A stretch of DNA of 64,000 nucleotides from a virus (IMGVR_UViG_3300026183_000930:60222-124221), one strand, 5' to 3'. Positions 29,810-38,384 are shown, counted from the first letter of the stretch. Made by a program: numbers and translations. The notes: generated by a model not told the origin, from the sequence alone.

Positions 29810-30397
29810 CTACCTTTCTTGTAATTTGTCAAAGTTTTTTTCAGTCTCTTTTACCATCTCAAAATGTTTTTCCAATGTCCAATCATGAATATTAACTCTG
29901 TGGTTGTGTTGTGTTACAAATTCACTTTCAATACCTGCTTGAATATAACGTTGAAAAGGATTTATCCAACTGGGTGTTTTGGTTCCAAGTCCTTCTTCTT
30001 GTAAAAGTCTATCTGATTTGTTAGACAATTTTACCATAGGCATACACAACACTTGATTAAATGTTAACAAGCCATCAATGTAAGCATCAATCAAAAGATT
30101 TTGTGGTATTAAATGTTCTTCTGTGTATCCTTCATCTTGTACTTGTTCTATGTAATGACATCCCACTTGTTCTAGCACAAGATACTTCTGACATCTACGT
30201 AAAAATAAATTAATTTGTCTACGAGCTTCTTGTGTTTGTTGTGCTGTCAGTTTACCACTTAAAACTTCTTGCTTCATAGCATCACATTTGGGCTGATACC
30301 ATTGATAGAAATCTTTGGTGTTGTCTGTGTTTCTACCTAGCCTTGATCTTGTTGGTGGGGTCCAGGATTCTAACTTTTCAATTTGTTCTGTGATCAT
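29810..30397 (-). CDS. Hypothetical protein, possible HNH/His-Me nuclease
   Basis: EEHLIPQ resembles the (D/E)HxxP motif. Coupled (ATGA-type overlap) to the DGQHR gene. Confidence 0.45.
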   Translation of the reverse strand: MITEQIEKLESWTPPTRSRLGRNTDNTKDFYQWYQPKCDAMKQEVLSGKLTAQQTQEARRQINLFLRRCQKYLVLEQVGCHYIEQVQDEGYTEEHLIPQNLLIDAYIDGLLTFNQVLCMPMVKLSNKSDRLLQEEGLGTKTPSWINPFQRYIQAGIESEFVTQHNHRVNIHDWTLEKHFEMVKETEKNFDKLQER

Positions 30398-31482
30398 GCT
30401 ACTGCCACCATTTCAAGTGGTGACCAGAATCCTTCACACACATTATTTGTTTCAATTTCCATGCTTGATCCTTTACCATGTGTGGGCAATTCAAGTTTTG
30501 TTTGATCATCAGTTTTCATAAGATAAACTTCTCTTATAAAATTACACATGGCCTCAGGTGCTGACCAACTTGCTCCTGGTCTCACATATTCCCATTGACG
30601 TTTGGCTTTGGTATGTGCTGTGTGACTTGAACCAAATTCTGTTTTGATTGGCTTTAAAACTCTTTCACACCAATCATCTGATAACTTTATATTAAGTTCT
30701 CTACTCAAACGTGACAATTCATACAAACCAATATAAACACCTTGATCAACTTCTTCTTGATTAGGAAATGTTTTTGTTATTGACTGCAGAATGTCGTGTA
30801 GTGCTGTTCCAGTCTTATCAAGCTCTATACCTTTGTAAGCATATTTGAAATGACTGAAAAAATGTTTGCCTGTTCCACGTGTGTTTGAGTTTGCTCTTGT
30901 TTTTTTATCTTCAAGATCAATATCAAGTGTGTCAAATTGATCTTGTAGTGTACGAGCTTGTACTGATTTAATTTCTCTTGATCCTAATTTGTATCTTGTC
31001 AAACTGTTTCTATGCAAATCAGCAGGTGTTAATCTTTTTACACCTGTGTCATTCAACAGTTCAAAGGCATATGAGGCAAATGCAGGATCTTCTGTTTCCA
31101 CAGGACAACAAGGCACACTGTCGTAACCTAACAATGCTAATGTCACTATTCTGTGCTGACCATCATATGTGAAAAGTCTTCCGTCCCAAACACCGTCTTT
31201 GATAATTTTTACACCAGCCGCTGGCATACACACACGTGGATCAAATTTACGCATGATGTTAACCACGTGTTTTAGAATAACATCTCGTTGTACTTCGTAA
31301 TCAATCCAAATTGACTCAACTGGTTCCCATTCTACATTTTTTGGAAACCCTAACTTGGAATTATCAATCTTTTGTTTGAATTGATCTAGATGTTGTTCAG
31401 TTATACCAAACTCTTGTTGAAGATTGTTTTTGATTTCTGGCAATATATCGACAAGTTTTTTTGCCAATCTTTGTTGTTGCAT
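30394..31482 (-). CDS. ParB/Srx-fold DGQHR-domain protein
   Basis: YEVQRD, YDGQHR, FELLN motifs. Confidence 0.7.
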   Translation of the reverse strand: MQQQRLAKKLVDILPEIKNNLQQEFGITEQHLDQFKQKIDNSKLGFPKNVEWEPVESIWIDYEVQRDVILKHVVNIMRKFDPRVCMPAAGVKIIKDGVWDGRLFTYDGQHRIVTLALLGYDSVPCCPVETEDPAFASYAFELLNDTGVKRLTPADLHRNSLTRYKLGSREIKSVQARTLQDQFDTLDIDLEDKKTRANSNTRGTGKHFFSHFKYAYKGIELDKTGTALHDILQSITKTFPNQEEVDQGVYIGLYELSRLSRELNIKLSDDWCERVLKPIKTEFGSSHTAHTKAKRQWEYVRPGASWSAPEAMCNFIREVYLMKTDDQTKLELPTHGKGSSMEIETNNVCEGFWSPLEMVAVA

Positions 31483-31536
31483 TTGTTTCTCCTTCTTTAC
31501 CAGTACAATACTGGATTGGTTGAAATATATACTATA

Positions 31537-31564
31537 ACTATAACATATTTTTCAAATATGTCAA
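31537..31564 (-). promoter_or_regulatory. Sigma70-type promoter
   Basis: TTGACA-N16-TATAGT with TG extension, upstream of the DGQHR gene. Confidence 0.5.
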
Positions 31565-31770
31565 CCTTGTTTTTTCAAGTATTCTTCTTTGGATATGTCA
31601 TAGAAAACTATACAATCATAATCTTCTTTTATCTTGTTAAATATGTCCCAGGATTGTTTTTTGGTGATTTTACCATGATATTTCCAACTGACTTTGTTGT
31701 TTTTAACTTGATATATTTTAATATAGCCTGTAAACTCGTCCATATTATTCAATGTCAAATATTGAATCAA
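31561..31770 (-). CDS. Hypothetical protein
   Basis: 69 aa; true start may be the internal MDEF. Confidence 0.4.
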   Translation of the reverse strand: MIQYLTLNNMDEFTGYIKIYQVKNNKVSWKYHGKITKKQSWDIFNKIKEDYDCIVFYDISKEEYLKKQG

Positions 31771-33217
31771 AATTAGACACTGTTTCTTGTACTACTTTCT
31801 TTTCTTTTTGTACCAGAGCTGGCACTGATTCAACTAGACTGTCAAATGTGGTTGTTTTAGGTGCTCCTGAAAATTTTGCTTTGCTTAATCCGTTTAACAA
31901 TGAACTGTGTTTTTCAATTAATTCAAAAGGTTTTTCAGATTGGAATACTTCTGTAGTAAGATCCACAAACTCCAAAACATTTTCTGGAATACTTTTAACA
32001 TCGTGTGCATCTGTTCTACGATTGGCTTCTTGCACTGCTTCAATCTGTTGATACACATTATGAGCCATCAACAACACATAACTCAAACTGTCCCAACTTG
32101 TTTTTGATTCAAAATCTTCACCTCTACAACAGATATCACCTTCCATGTAACAATCCATTACTGGTGAGTTGTTTACATAAGTTTCATATTCACCTGGAAT
32201 AATATCAGCATACTTTCTATCAAAATTGCCTGCATATTTTTTGTTGTCTTTGGCTTTGTCCATTGTGAATCCAAAACGTGGATTCTTTCTCATCATATCA
32301 AATTCATTAACTGTGTAAACAAGTCCTCTTGCTACGCTGACAAATGCTGATGCTGAATCAAATGACACTTCTATGTTTGGATTGATTTTAACAAGTTCTC
32401 TTTTGATTGCTGTTAACATCACTGCTGGCTCCAGTGCTGACGTACCTAAGAAATGAATCCAATCTTTGCCATTAAACCAACCACCATCTCTCATTTTGAT
32501 CATTCTATACAAGATCAGTTTCCACCATCTCATGTGTTCACCGCCCATAGCCCAACCTTCAAATGCTCTGTCGCCATACACTTTTGGGTCACTAAATGGT
32601 GCCATTGTATCAAACCATTCGTCTGCACTTGCTATGTCATTGCCTTGAATCACATTCAAAAACTTTGTAGCACCCGGAACTCTGTTATTAACAAACCATT
32701 CGTTGTTGTAGGCTGTGTATGCCATACAATCTTTCACAGTGTTAACACCAATACCCAAGTTAACTGAAAAACTTGGTATATCCAAACACATACTCCAATC
32801 AGCAGTGTGTTCTAACCATCTAAGAATCTGCATTCTTATTTCATCGTTTTTGTGTCCTGGTGTAAAAAAATTATCCCAATCAAATTTAAGAATACCTTTT
32901 GCTACCTGAAATCCTCCACTGTCACCTAGTATTACAGTTTTGTCTCTGGGTCTGTCTTGCACAAATGCTTCTTGTACCTTTGACTTTTCAATATCTAATT
33001 TGGCATGCCCTGCCGAATACAAACTCCATTTGTAGTTGAACATTCCTTTGTCATCATACAAATATTTCAAACTGTCTAAGCCTTTAGGCAGTCCTTTTGG
33101 CACTCGGTCTCCCCATTTTTCTTCAGCATTCTTTGATAATAAGTCTGCATAGATAAAACTGATTGCTGGCAAAAACACAGCATAGTCTTTGTTAGATTCT
33201 GTTAAATTTATACTCAT
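31745..33217 (-). CDS. TGT-family guanine transglycosylase (DpdA-like)
   Basis: ILGDSGGFQ, CLD, NVIQG, WAMGG, IHFLG, SFDSAS, HN. Both catalytic Asp positions present; no CxCxxC Zn motif. Confidence 0.8.
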   Translation of the reverse strand: MSINLTESNKDYAVFLPAISFIYADLLSKNAEEKWGDRVPKGLPKGLDSLKYLYDDKGMFNYKWSLYSAGHAKLDIEKSKVQEAFVQDRPRDKTVILGDSGGFQVAKGILKFDWDNFFTPGHKNDEIRMQILRWLEHTADWSMCLDIPSFSVNLGIGVNTVKDCMAYTAYNNEWFVNNRVPGATKFLNVIQGNDIASADEWFDTMAPFSDPKVYGDRAFEGWAMGGEHMRWWKLILYRMIKMRDGGWFNGKDWIHFLGTSALEPAVMLTAIKRELVKINPNIEVSFDSASAFVSVARGLVYTVNEFDMMRKNPRFGFTMDKAKDNKKYAGNFDRKYADIIPGEYETYVNNSPVMDCYMEGDICCRGEDFESKTSWDSLSYVLLMAHNVYQQIEAVQEANRRTDAHDVKSIPENVLEFVDLTTEVFQSEKPFELIEKHSSLLNGLSKAKFSGAPKTTTFDSLVESVPALVQKEKKVVQETVSNFDSIFDIE

Positions 33218-33405
33218 TGTTTTTCTCCTGCCCAGTCTATTTTACCGTTTTCAATTGCTTCATATGTTGCATGGTCACGATCATCAAGAATAATTTCTTG
33301 TTGTAACCCAGCAATAAGTCTTTCAACATCATTTTTGTTTATTGGCTTTTTATTTGTTCCTTTTAACTTTTTCCAAAACATTGTTCTTGATAATCTTTTT
33401 TTCAC
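33214..33405 (-). CDS. Hypothetical protein
   Basis: 63 aa, coupled on both sides. Confidence 0.45.
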   Translation of the reverse strand: MKKRLSRTMFWKKLKGTNKKPINKNDVERLIAGLQQEIILDDRDHATYEAIENGKIDWAGEKQ

Positions 33406-34331
33406 TTTTTATTTCTAATTCTTTCAAGTTCAACCATTGTGGCCGCTAAATTGATTTCAGGGTCAACAACTATAGAATGATTTACTAAACCATTTCTAAT
33501 TGATAATAATGCTTTACCTTTTGATAAATCATCTTCACCAAACCATTCAAGATTCTCATACATTTTTCTATAAACTTTTTCATACTGTTCAGAATCAGCA
33601 TTGTTGATTATAAACTCTCTTGCACTTTTAATATCTCCATTTTGGAACATGGCCACATAAGTTACTTCAACTTCACCTTCTTGTGTGTCACCACTTTGAG
33701 GAACAGTTAATTCACCTGTCTGTGAATTCATTTGACATGTATTAATACATTTTCTTAAATCTGGATAAGTTGCTTTGACATAAGTTTGTAATACTTCAAC
33801 TCCAAACTTAATTTGTTCTTGTGTTAATATTTCACCAACTCTTACTGTGAACATTGTTTCATCTAATTTGAGAATTTTAAAACCTTGACATCTAGAATGT
33901 ATTGCAGGAATAATTCTACGTTCATAATTACAAGTCAATAAAAATCTACAAGTTGATGCATACTGCTCCATTACACCACGCAATGCCGCTTGACCATTTG
34001 GTGATATGTAATCTGCCTCATCAAGTATAATGTATTTGAAATCACCAAAAGGCATTGTTTGTGAAAAGTTTGTAATCTTATCTCGTATAACATCTACAGA
34101 GTTTTCACTTGATGCATTAATTTGTAATACATCACCCCAGTCAACTTCTAGTTCATGTAATAGCAGTTTTGCTAAAGTAGTTTTTCCTGTGCCCGGTGAT
34201 CCGCTAAAAAGTAAATGTGGTATTGCTTTTGATTCAAGCCAAGACATGACTTGACTTTTTTGTGCTTCATCTCTAAAAACGTAATCAGTTACTTTTTTAG
34301 GTCTATACTTTTCTACCCAAAGTTCTTTCAT
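33402..34331 (-). CDS. Clamp loader AAA+ subunit (gp44/RFC-like)
   Basis: LWVEKYRP, GSPGTGKTT, INAS, LDEAD, SRC. Confidence 0.92.
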   Translation of the reverse strand: MKELWVEKYRPKKVTDYVFRDEAQKSQVMSWLESKAIPHLLFSGSPGTGKTTLAKLLLHELEVDWGDVLQINASSENSVDVIRDKITNFSQTMPFGDFKYIILDEADYISPNGQAALRGVMEQYASTCRFLLTCNYERRIIPAIHSRCQGFKILKLDETMFTVRVGEILTQEQIKFGVEVLQTYVKATYPDLRKCINTCQMNSQTGELTVPQSGDTQEGEVEVTYVAMFQNGDIKSAREFIINNADSEQYEKVYRKMYENLEWFGEDDLSKGKALLSIRNGLVNHSIVVDPEINLAATMVELERIRNKK

Positions 34332-34624
34332 TTATTTGTTGCCTCTATCTTTGTTTCATATTTTGTTTTAAAGTAATCATGTGTAACGTACGAAGCAGTA
34401 ACAAAGCCTGCCGCAAATACTAACACGTAAATCACAGTAGTTTTTAAATTCTTCTTGAACCCACCTTTACCTTTATTTCTTTTGTATGCTCTCCACATCC
34501 ACCAAAAACCTGCAATGGTTAAAATAACACCTATTGCAATTACCCAGGGATTGTTGGCTATTGCAACTCCTGAAGCACCAAAGATTAAAAACAGCAATCC
34601 ATTTATATAACACATTGGACACAT
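34328..34624 (-). CDS. Small membrane protein with N-terminal CPMC
   Basis: Strong AGGAGG RBS and about three hydrophobic segments. Confidence 0.55.
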   Translation of the reverse strand: MCPMCYINGLLFLIFGASGVAIANNPWVIAIGVILTIAGFWWMWRAYKRNKGKGGFKKNLKTTVIYVLVFAAGFVTASYVTHDYFKTKYETKIEATNK

Positions 34625-34785
34625 TATCCAGCCTCCTTTATTCGTTGCCTCACGTGTAAATTTTACTCATGAAGTTTATTACAGTGTCAACGTTGTTCCA
34701 ATATAGTGTGTATACAAAACATAAGAACACAGTAATCATCACTGCTTTGATCATGTTTTTATATTATACGATTTTTTAGAATTTG

Positions 34786-35064
34786 TCAAATATAAAGTTT
34801 TAAGATAGTTGGAATTTTTTTGTCATTATATGTAATTGTTAATTCTTCACATCCAGAATCTTCCCAATACCAATCTTTTCCATAAATGTATCCCATCTGT
34901 CCTAGTTTGTTACTAAGATGAGCAACTGCATCTACTTCTCTGTAATTGGCATTCAAGGCTCCACCTTCTACGCTGGTGCCAGATGATTCTCCAATATAAT
35001 GATCTCTTTGTGATAGTTTGTCAGTATCTAATACTAACTCGTTTTTGAATTTGTTTTGTTGCAT
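34786..35064 (-). CDS. Hypothetical protein
   Basis: 92 aa ORF. Confidence 0.5.
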   Translation of the reverse strand: MQQNKFKNELVLDTDKLSQRDHYIGESSGTSVEGGALNANYREVDAVAHLSNKLGQMGYIYGKDWYWEDSGCEELTITYNDKKIPTILKLYI

Positions 35065-35068
35065 AAAT

Positions 35069-35422
35069 TTAATATGTTGTACTGCCTACGTTTGTGTCTC
35101 TAGGTTCGTCATCTGAAACCATAAGAATACTTTTACCTTCTGCTAATCGAAGATCAAATATTTCGCCATTTTCTTCTAAATTGAAACCTTCACTCCAACG
35201 ACCATGTTCCATCAGCACCCATTGTCCAACTTTTACATAGTCAATTTTAGAACCCACAGCATACACACGAGCCCAACGTGGATGAATACCACGTTCTGTG
35301 GCATCATCATCTGGTAACAAAATACCTCCAGCAGTTTTTTGTATACCTTTTTGCATATTTCTTACTAGTATTCTGTCACTTAAAGGTTTTATAGGACCTT
35401 TGATACACTGTAATGATGCCAT
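35069..35422 (-). CDS. groES: Co-chaperonin GroES-like
   Basis: IKPLSDRILV, KTAGGILLP, VYAVG, VKVG. Confidence 0.82.
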   Translation of the reverse strand: MASLQCIKGPIKPLSDRILVRNMQKGIQKTAGGILLPDDDATERGIHPRWARVYAVGSKIDYVKVGQWVLMEHGRWSEGFNLEENGEIFDLRLAEGKSILMVSDDEPRDTNVGSTTY

Positions 35423-35425
35423 TTA

Positions 35426-35782
35426 TTATTCTTCCACTTCTTGGATTTCAATATCACCGTTTGGTAGTTCAACTTCTTTAGTCTTTTTGACTTTAGTTTT
35501 TCTAACAACAGTTGAAGAAGCCTTTGGTGTTTCTGCTTTCATTTCAGTTACACCTGTATCAACATTATCTTTTATAGATACTGTTTTTACAACTGCTTTT
35601 GGATTTGCATTGTAGTATTCTCTTCCAACTTCTTCTTTTCTTTTGACAATTTTGCCATTAGGACCAAGTTTGTCTCCACGAGCATTTACTTTCATGTTAC
35701 CAAGAGCAATTTCTTCTTCGTTTTTCAACATCAGAGCATCCATGTCAATCATAGTTCCTCTGTTTGTTCTTTTTTGTACCAT
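35426..35782 (-). CDS. Phage hypothetical protein
   Basis: AGGAG RBS and TAAATA at 35819-35824. Confidence 0.6.
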   Translation of the reverse strand: MVQKRTNRGTMIDMDALMLKNEEEIALGNMKVNARGDKLGPNGKIVKRKEEVGREYYNANPKAVVKTVSIKDNVDTGVTEMKAETPKASSTVVRKTKVKKTKEVELPNGDIEIQEVEE

Positions 35783-35821
35783 TTTGTTCTCCTTTTTTAA
35801 TAAAGTAGTATATAATTGTAT

Positions 35822-36328
35822 TTATCGCAAAAATTCTTCAATGTTAAGCTCAAATTTAATTGAATCTACTTTATGTACTCCAATTAAGTATAAAATATAA
35901 CTAGAAACACTGGATCCTCTACCTACACCCCATACTATGTTATTTTTTCTCATTGTGTCTATCATGTAGACCATAAAACGCAACACATCTAACATACCAC
36001 GTTCTTCAAACATCTTGTACTCATACATAACTCGAGTTGTTTGAATTTCATTGCTGGTTTTGTTTAAAAGATGCTGTTTGATATCAAGGTCTTTGTACTC
36101 TTGTGTCATGTACCAAGTTTGTTGATTAACTGTATCAAACTCTTCTTGACTTATATCAACATAATTTTTTAATTCAGACAATGACAATGTGTTTGTTGTA
36201 ACTGAATTGTTGTACTGTTCTACAACTGATTTTTCAAATGATGCATTTTCAATTGGTTTGTTTTGATACAACAGTTCCAATCCATCATGCTCATCTAAAA
36301 TACATCTTTTTAAATTATCAAGTCTCAT
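35822..36328 (-). CDS. Stand-alone DnaE (Pol III alpha) fragment-like protein
   Basis: WGVGRGSSVSSYILYLIGVHKVDSIKFELNIEEFLR aligns with DnaE GRGS.AGS...LGIT.VDP..Y.L.FERFL. Confidence 0.7.
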   Translation of the reverse strand: MRLDNLKRCILDEHDGLELLYQNKPIENASFEKSVVEQYNNSVTTNTLSLSELKNYVDISQEEFDTVNQQTWYMTQEYKDLDIKQHLLNKTSNEIQTTRVMYEYKMFEERGMLDVLRFMVYMIDTMRKNNIVWGVGRGSSVSSYILYLIGVHKVDSIKFELNIEEFLR

Positions 36329-36362
36329 TATCTGCTATAATACAGAATTTTGTTTCAAATGT

Positions 36363-36641
36363 CTATGATTTTTTTTCTTTATTTTCTATCCACTTTTTAT
36401 AACAGTTTTCAAGTTCAACATCTACTCTGTCTACATTTCCTTTGGAATTTATAGTGTGTAGTGCTTCAAACAAAAAGTCTGCTAATTCTTTTGGTGAATG
36501 ATTTACTGAAAGTTTGGTTAAAAATCTATTACAACGTTTTTTTAATTGGTCGTGTGTAAACACTCTGCGTTTACCCGTTCCGTCACCCAAAGTACCTACG
36601 TTCTCAGTTTCTGACATTGTGTATATTTCAATCCTCACCAA
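36363..36641 (-). CDS. Hypothetical protein
   Basis: ORF in a packed array; start possibly MSET. Confidence 0.45.
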   Translation of the reverse strand: MVRIEIYTMSETENVGTLGDGTGKRRVFTHDQLKKRCNRFLTKLSVNHSPKELADFLFEALHTINSKGNVDRVDVELENCYKKWIENKEKKS

Positions 36642-36855
36642 TTATCTTACTGTCAGTTGGCCAAAACTTGTTATACATATCATTTTTCTTGCGTTCTATT
36701 CTTGCCTGCAACTCTTGTATAATTAATTGTCTGTGTGTTTTTAATTGAGGTAAAGCAACTTGTGAATGTGTTCGTGTAGCAAATGCTATTTTTTTGTTTA
36801 AGTCAATCAGTTTTTTGTTGAGCTCTGTGACTTCATATGTTGTGTAATCAATCAT
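36628..36855 (-). CDS. Hypothetical protein
   Basis: 75 aa, predicted helical. Confidence 0.5.
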   Translation of the reverse strand: MIDYTTYEVTELNKKLIDLNKKIAFATRTHSQVALPQLKTHRQLIIQELQARIERKKNDMYNKFWPTDSKIIGED

Positions 36856-36858
36856 AAT

Positions 36859-37185
36859 TTATACTGCAAAAGATTCTCCGCAACCACATGACGAAGTTGC
36901 ATTTGGATTTTTGATTTGAAAACTTGATCCCCAAACCTCCTTTACATAATCTATAGTTGTGCCTGCTACAAACATGACACTCATTTTGTCAACTACAAAC
37001 TTTGTATTGTTTTCTAAATCAACTACTTCATCATCAATAGATATGTCATTAGCAAAACCCCACTTGTATTGAAAGCCAGCACAGCCTCCGCCTTTGACAT
37101 TTAATCTCACTGCTTGAACTTCATTTTCTTTGCATAGTTTCTGCATCTGTTCTTTTGCAGATTCTGTTAAAGTAAATAAACTCAT
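36859..37185 (-). CDS. A-type Fe-S carrier (IscA/HesB/ErpA family)
   Basis: GGGCAGFQY and NPNATSSCGCGESF. Confidence 0.92.
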   Translation of the reverse strand: MSLFTLTESAKEQMQKLCKENEVQAVRLNVKGGGCAGFQYKWGFANDISIDDEVVDLENNTKFVVDKMSVMFVAGTTIDYVKEVWGSSFQIKNPNATSSCGCGESFAV

Positions 37186-37239
37186 AAAATTATTTAATCC
37201 TTATAATTGTTGTAATTATGTACTATGATAAAGAAAATG

Positions 37240-37809
37240 TCAACTAAATTCTTGAAGTTTTCGCTGTGTAAGTCTCCTAGACCTACGTTTTTTGGCTTTT
37301 TTGGAAGGGCTACACAGTTTGCCATATTTGACTATCTGTCTATTATTTTCGTTGAACCACTGTACATATTTCACAGCCGCTGAATACGAATCTGGTATGT
37401 CTGTTTCCAAGATAGGTGTATAAATTATTTTATCTTTTTGTTCAGTGAAAGGTCTTAATTTAACATAGTAATCACCATTGTGTTCAATCACAGTTTTACC
37501 TATGATATGATTGTGTGTTTTTTGAGCAGGAACTCTTTCAGTTAAAAATTCATGATGACCTATGATTTGTATTGAGTTTTTTATATCTTGTTCTGCCCAA
37601 AACATACGTGGATACCACGAAACAGTGCCATTCCATGAAATCGATTCTCCTGATCTATTTTCTTTGATTTCCCAGGCCATGAAATGGCCACTGATTCCTT
37701 TATCCGTACCACGTGCTACAACCAATTCATCATTCAATTGGTTCAGTCTTTTTGATCTCCACACTGTTGTTTCAATGTGGCAGTCTGTGAGATATTGTTT
37801 ATCCTGCAT
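37240..37809 (-). CDS. Hypothetical protein with basic tail
   Basis: 189 aa ORF. Confidence 0.5.
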   Translation of the reverse strand: MQDKQYLTDCHIETTVWRSKRLNQLNDELVVARGTDKGISGHFMAWEIKENRSGESISWNGTVSWYPRMFWAEQDIKNSIQIIGHHEFLTERVPAQKTHNHIIGKTVIEHNGDYYVKLRPFTEQKDKIIYTPILETDIPDSYSAAVKYVQWFNENNRQIVKYGKLCSPSKKAKKRRSRRLTQRKLQEFS

Positions 37810-37987
37810 TCTTTTGTTCTTGAATTTGTTTTCTAATTTCTTTGCAAAGTTTAGAAATTTCTGCTAATGCTTTTCTGGCTCTTGTGCCAGCCGCTTTAAC
37901 ATTATCATTTGAAAACTTTGTATAGTTCTCATTAAATGATTCCACATGAGATTCAAATTCTTTTACTATTGTACTTTGTTCTGTCAT
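37799..37987 (-). CDS. Histone H1-like Hc1-family small protein
   Basis: KAAGTRARKAL.EI.KL.KEIRK.IQE signature and AGGAG RBS. Confidence 0.7.
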   Translation of the reverse strand: MTEQSTIVKEFESHVESFNENYTKFSNDNVKAAGTRARKALAEISKLCKEIRKQIQEQKNAG

Positions 37988-38021
37988 ATTGACTCCTTAT
38001 GTTTTTCATTATTATAATAAT

Positions 38022-38135
38022 TAAAAGTTAACCCCAGATTGCTGACCTACAGTGGAGCAACGACAATAACCCAGGTCTGGGGTCCACTCGTATCTGAAGC
38101 ATCTGTTCATAGGTTACTGGGAACTTCAGCATTAC
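38022..38135 (-). ncRNA. Candidate structured ncRNA (pseudoknotted)
   Basis: GC-richer island with several complementary segments, TAAATA at 38141-38146 upstream and a U-rich end. Confidence 0.5.
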
Positions 38136-38150
38136 AATTATATTTAGCTT

Positions 38151-38384
38151 TTATGATTTTGGATTTTTTTGGTTTTCAATGACTTTTGGAAAAATAGTTG
38201 AAACAGCATCTTTATAAACTAATTGAGTATGGCTGTCTTTTTCTAAAAGAAAGCAAGATTCATCTTGCTTTGTAATCTTACCAATTAGTTTTATACCATT
38301 TTTCAAAAATGCAGTAATTTGTGTTTCTGTGGCCATTACTGCATGGTAAAATTCTTGTTCTACATTATTTGTATTTGTTGTCAT
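38151..38384 (-). CDS. hfq: Hfq-like Sm protein (divergent)
   Basis: FLKNGIKLIGKI...D...LL...QLVYKDAVSTIFP matches Hfq Sm1/Sm2. Start reassigned to the ATG at 38384. Confidence 0.85.
   Translation of the reverse strand: MTTNTNNVEQEFYHAVMATETQITAFLKNGIKLIGKITKQDESCFLLEKDSHTQLVYKDAVSTIFPKVIENQKNPKS

Noticed and set aside
31745-33217. Ordinary tRNA-queuine transglycosylase serving the phage tRNA-Asn(GUU)
   Set aside because: Disfavoured but not excluded: the Zn motif is missing, the protein has a polymerase-like tail, and no queF/queA/queG is in the window.
38050-38100. Plus-strand AACGACAAT resembling a tmRNA tag (ANDN)
   Set aside because: No resume Ala codon context, no AA-stop ending and no tRNA-like domain; it is also opposite to the transcribed strand.
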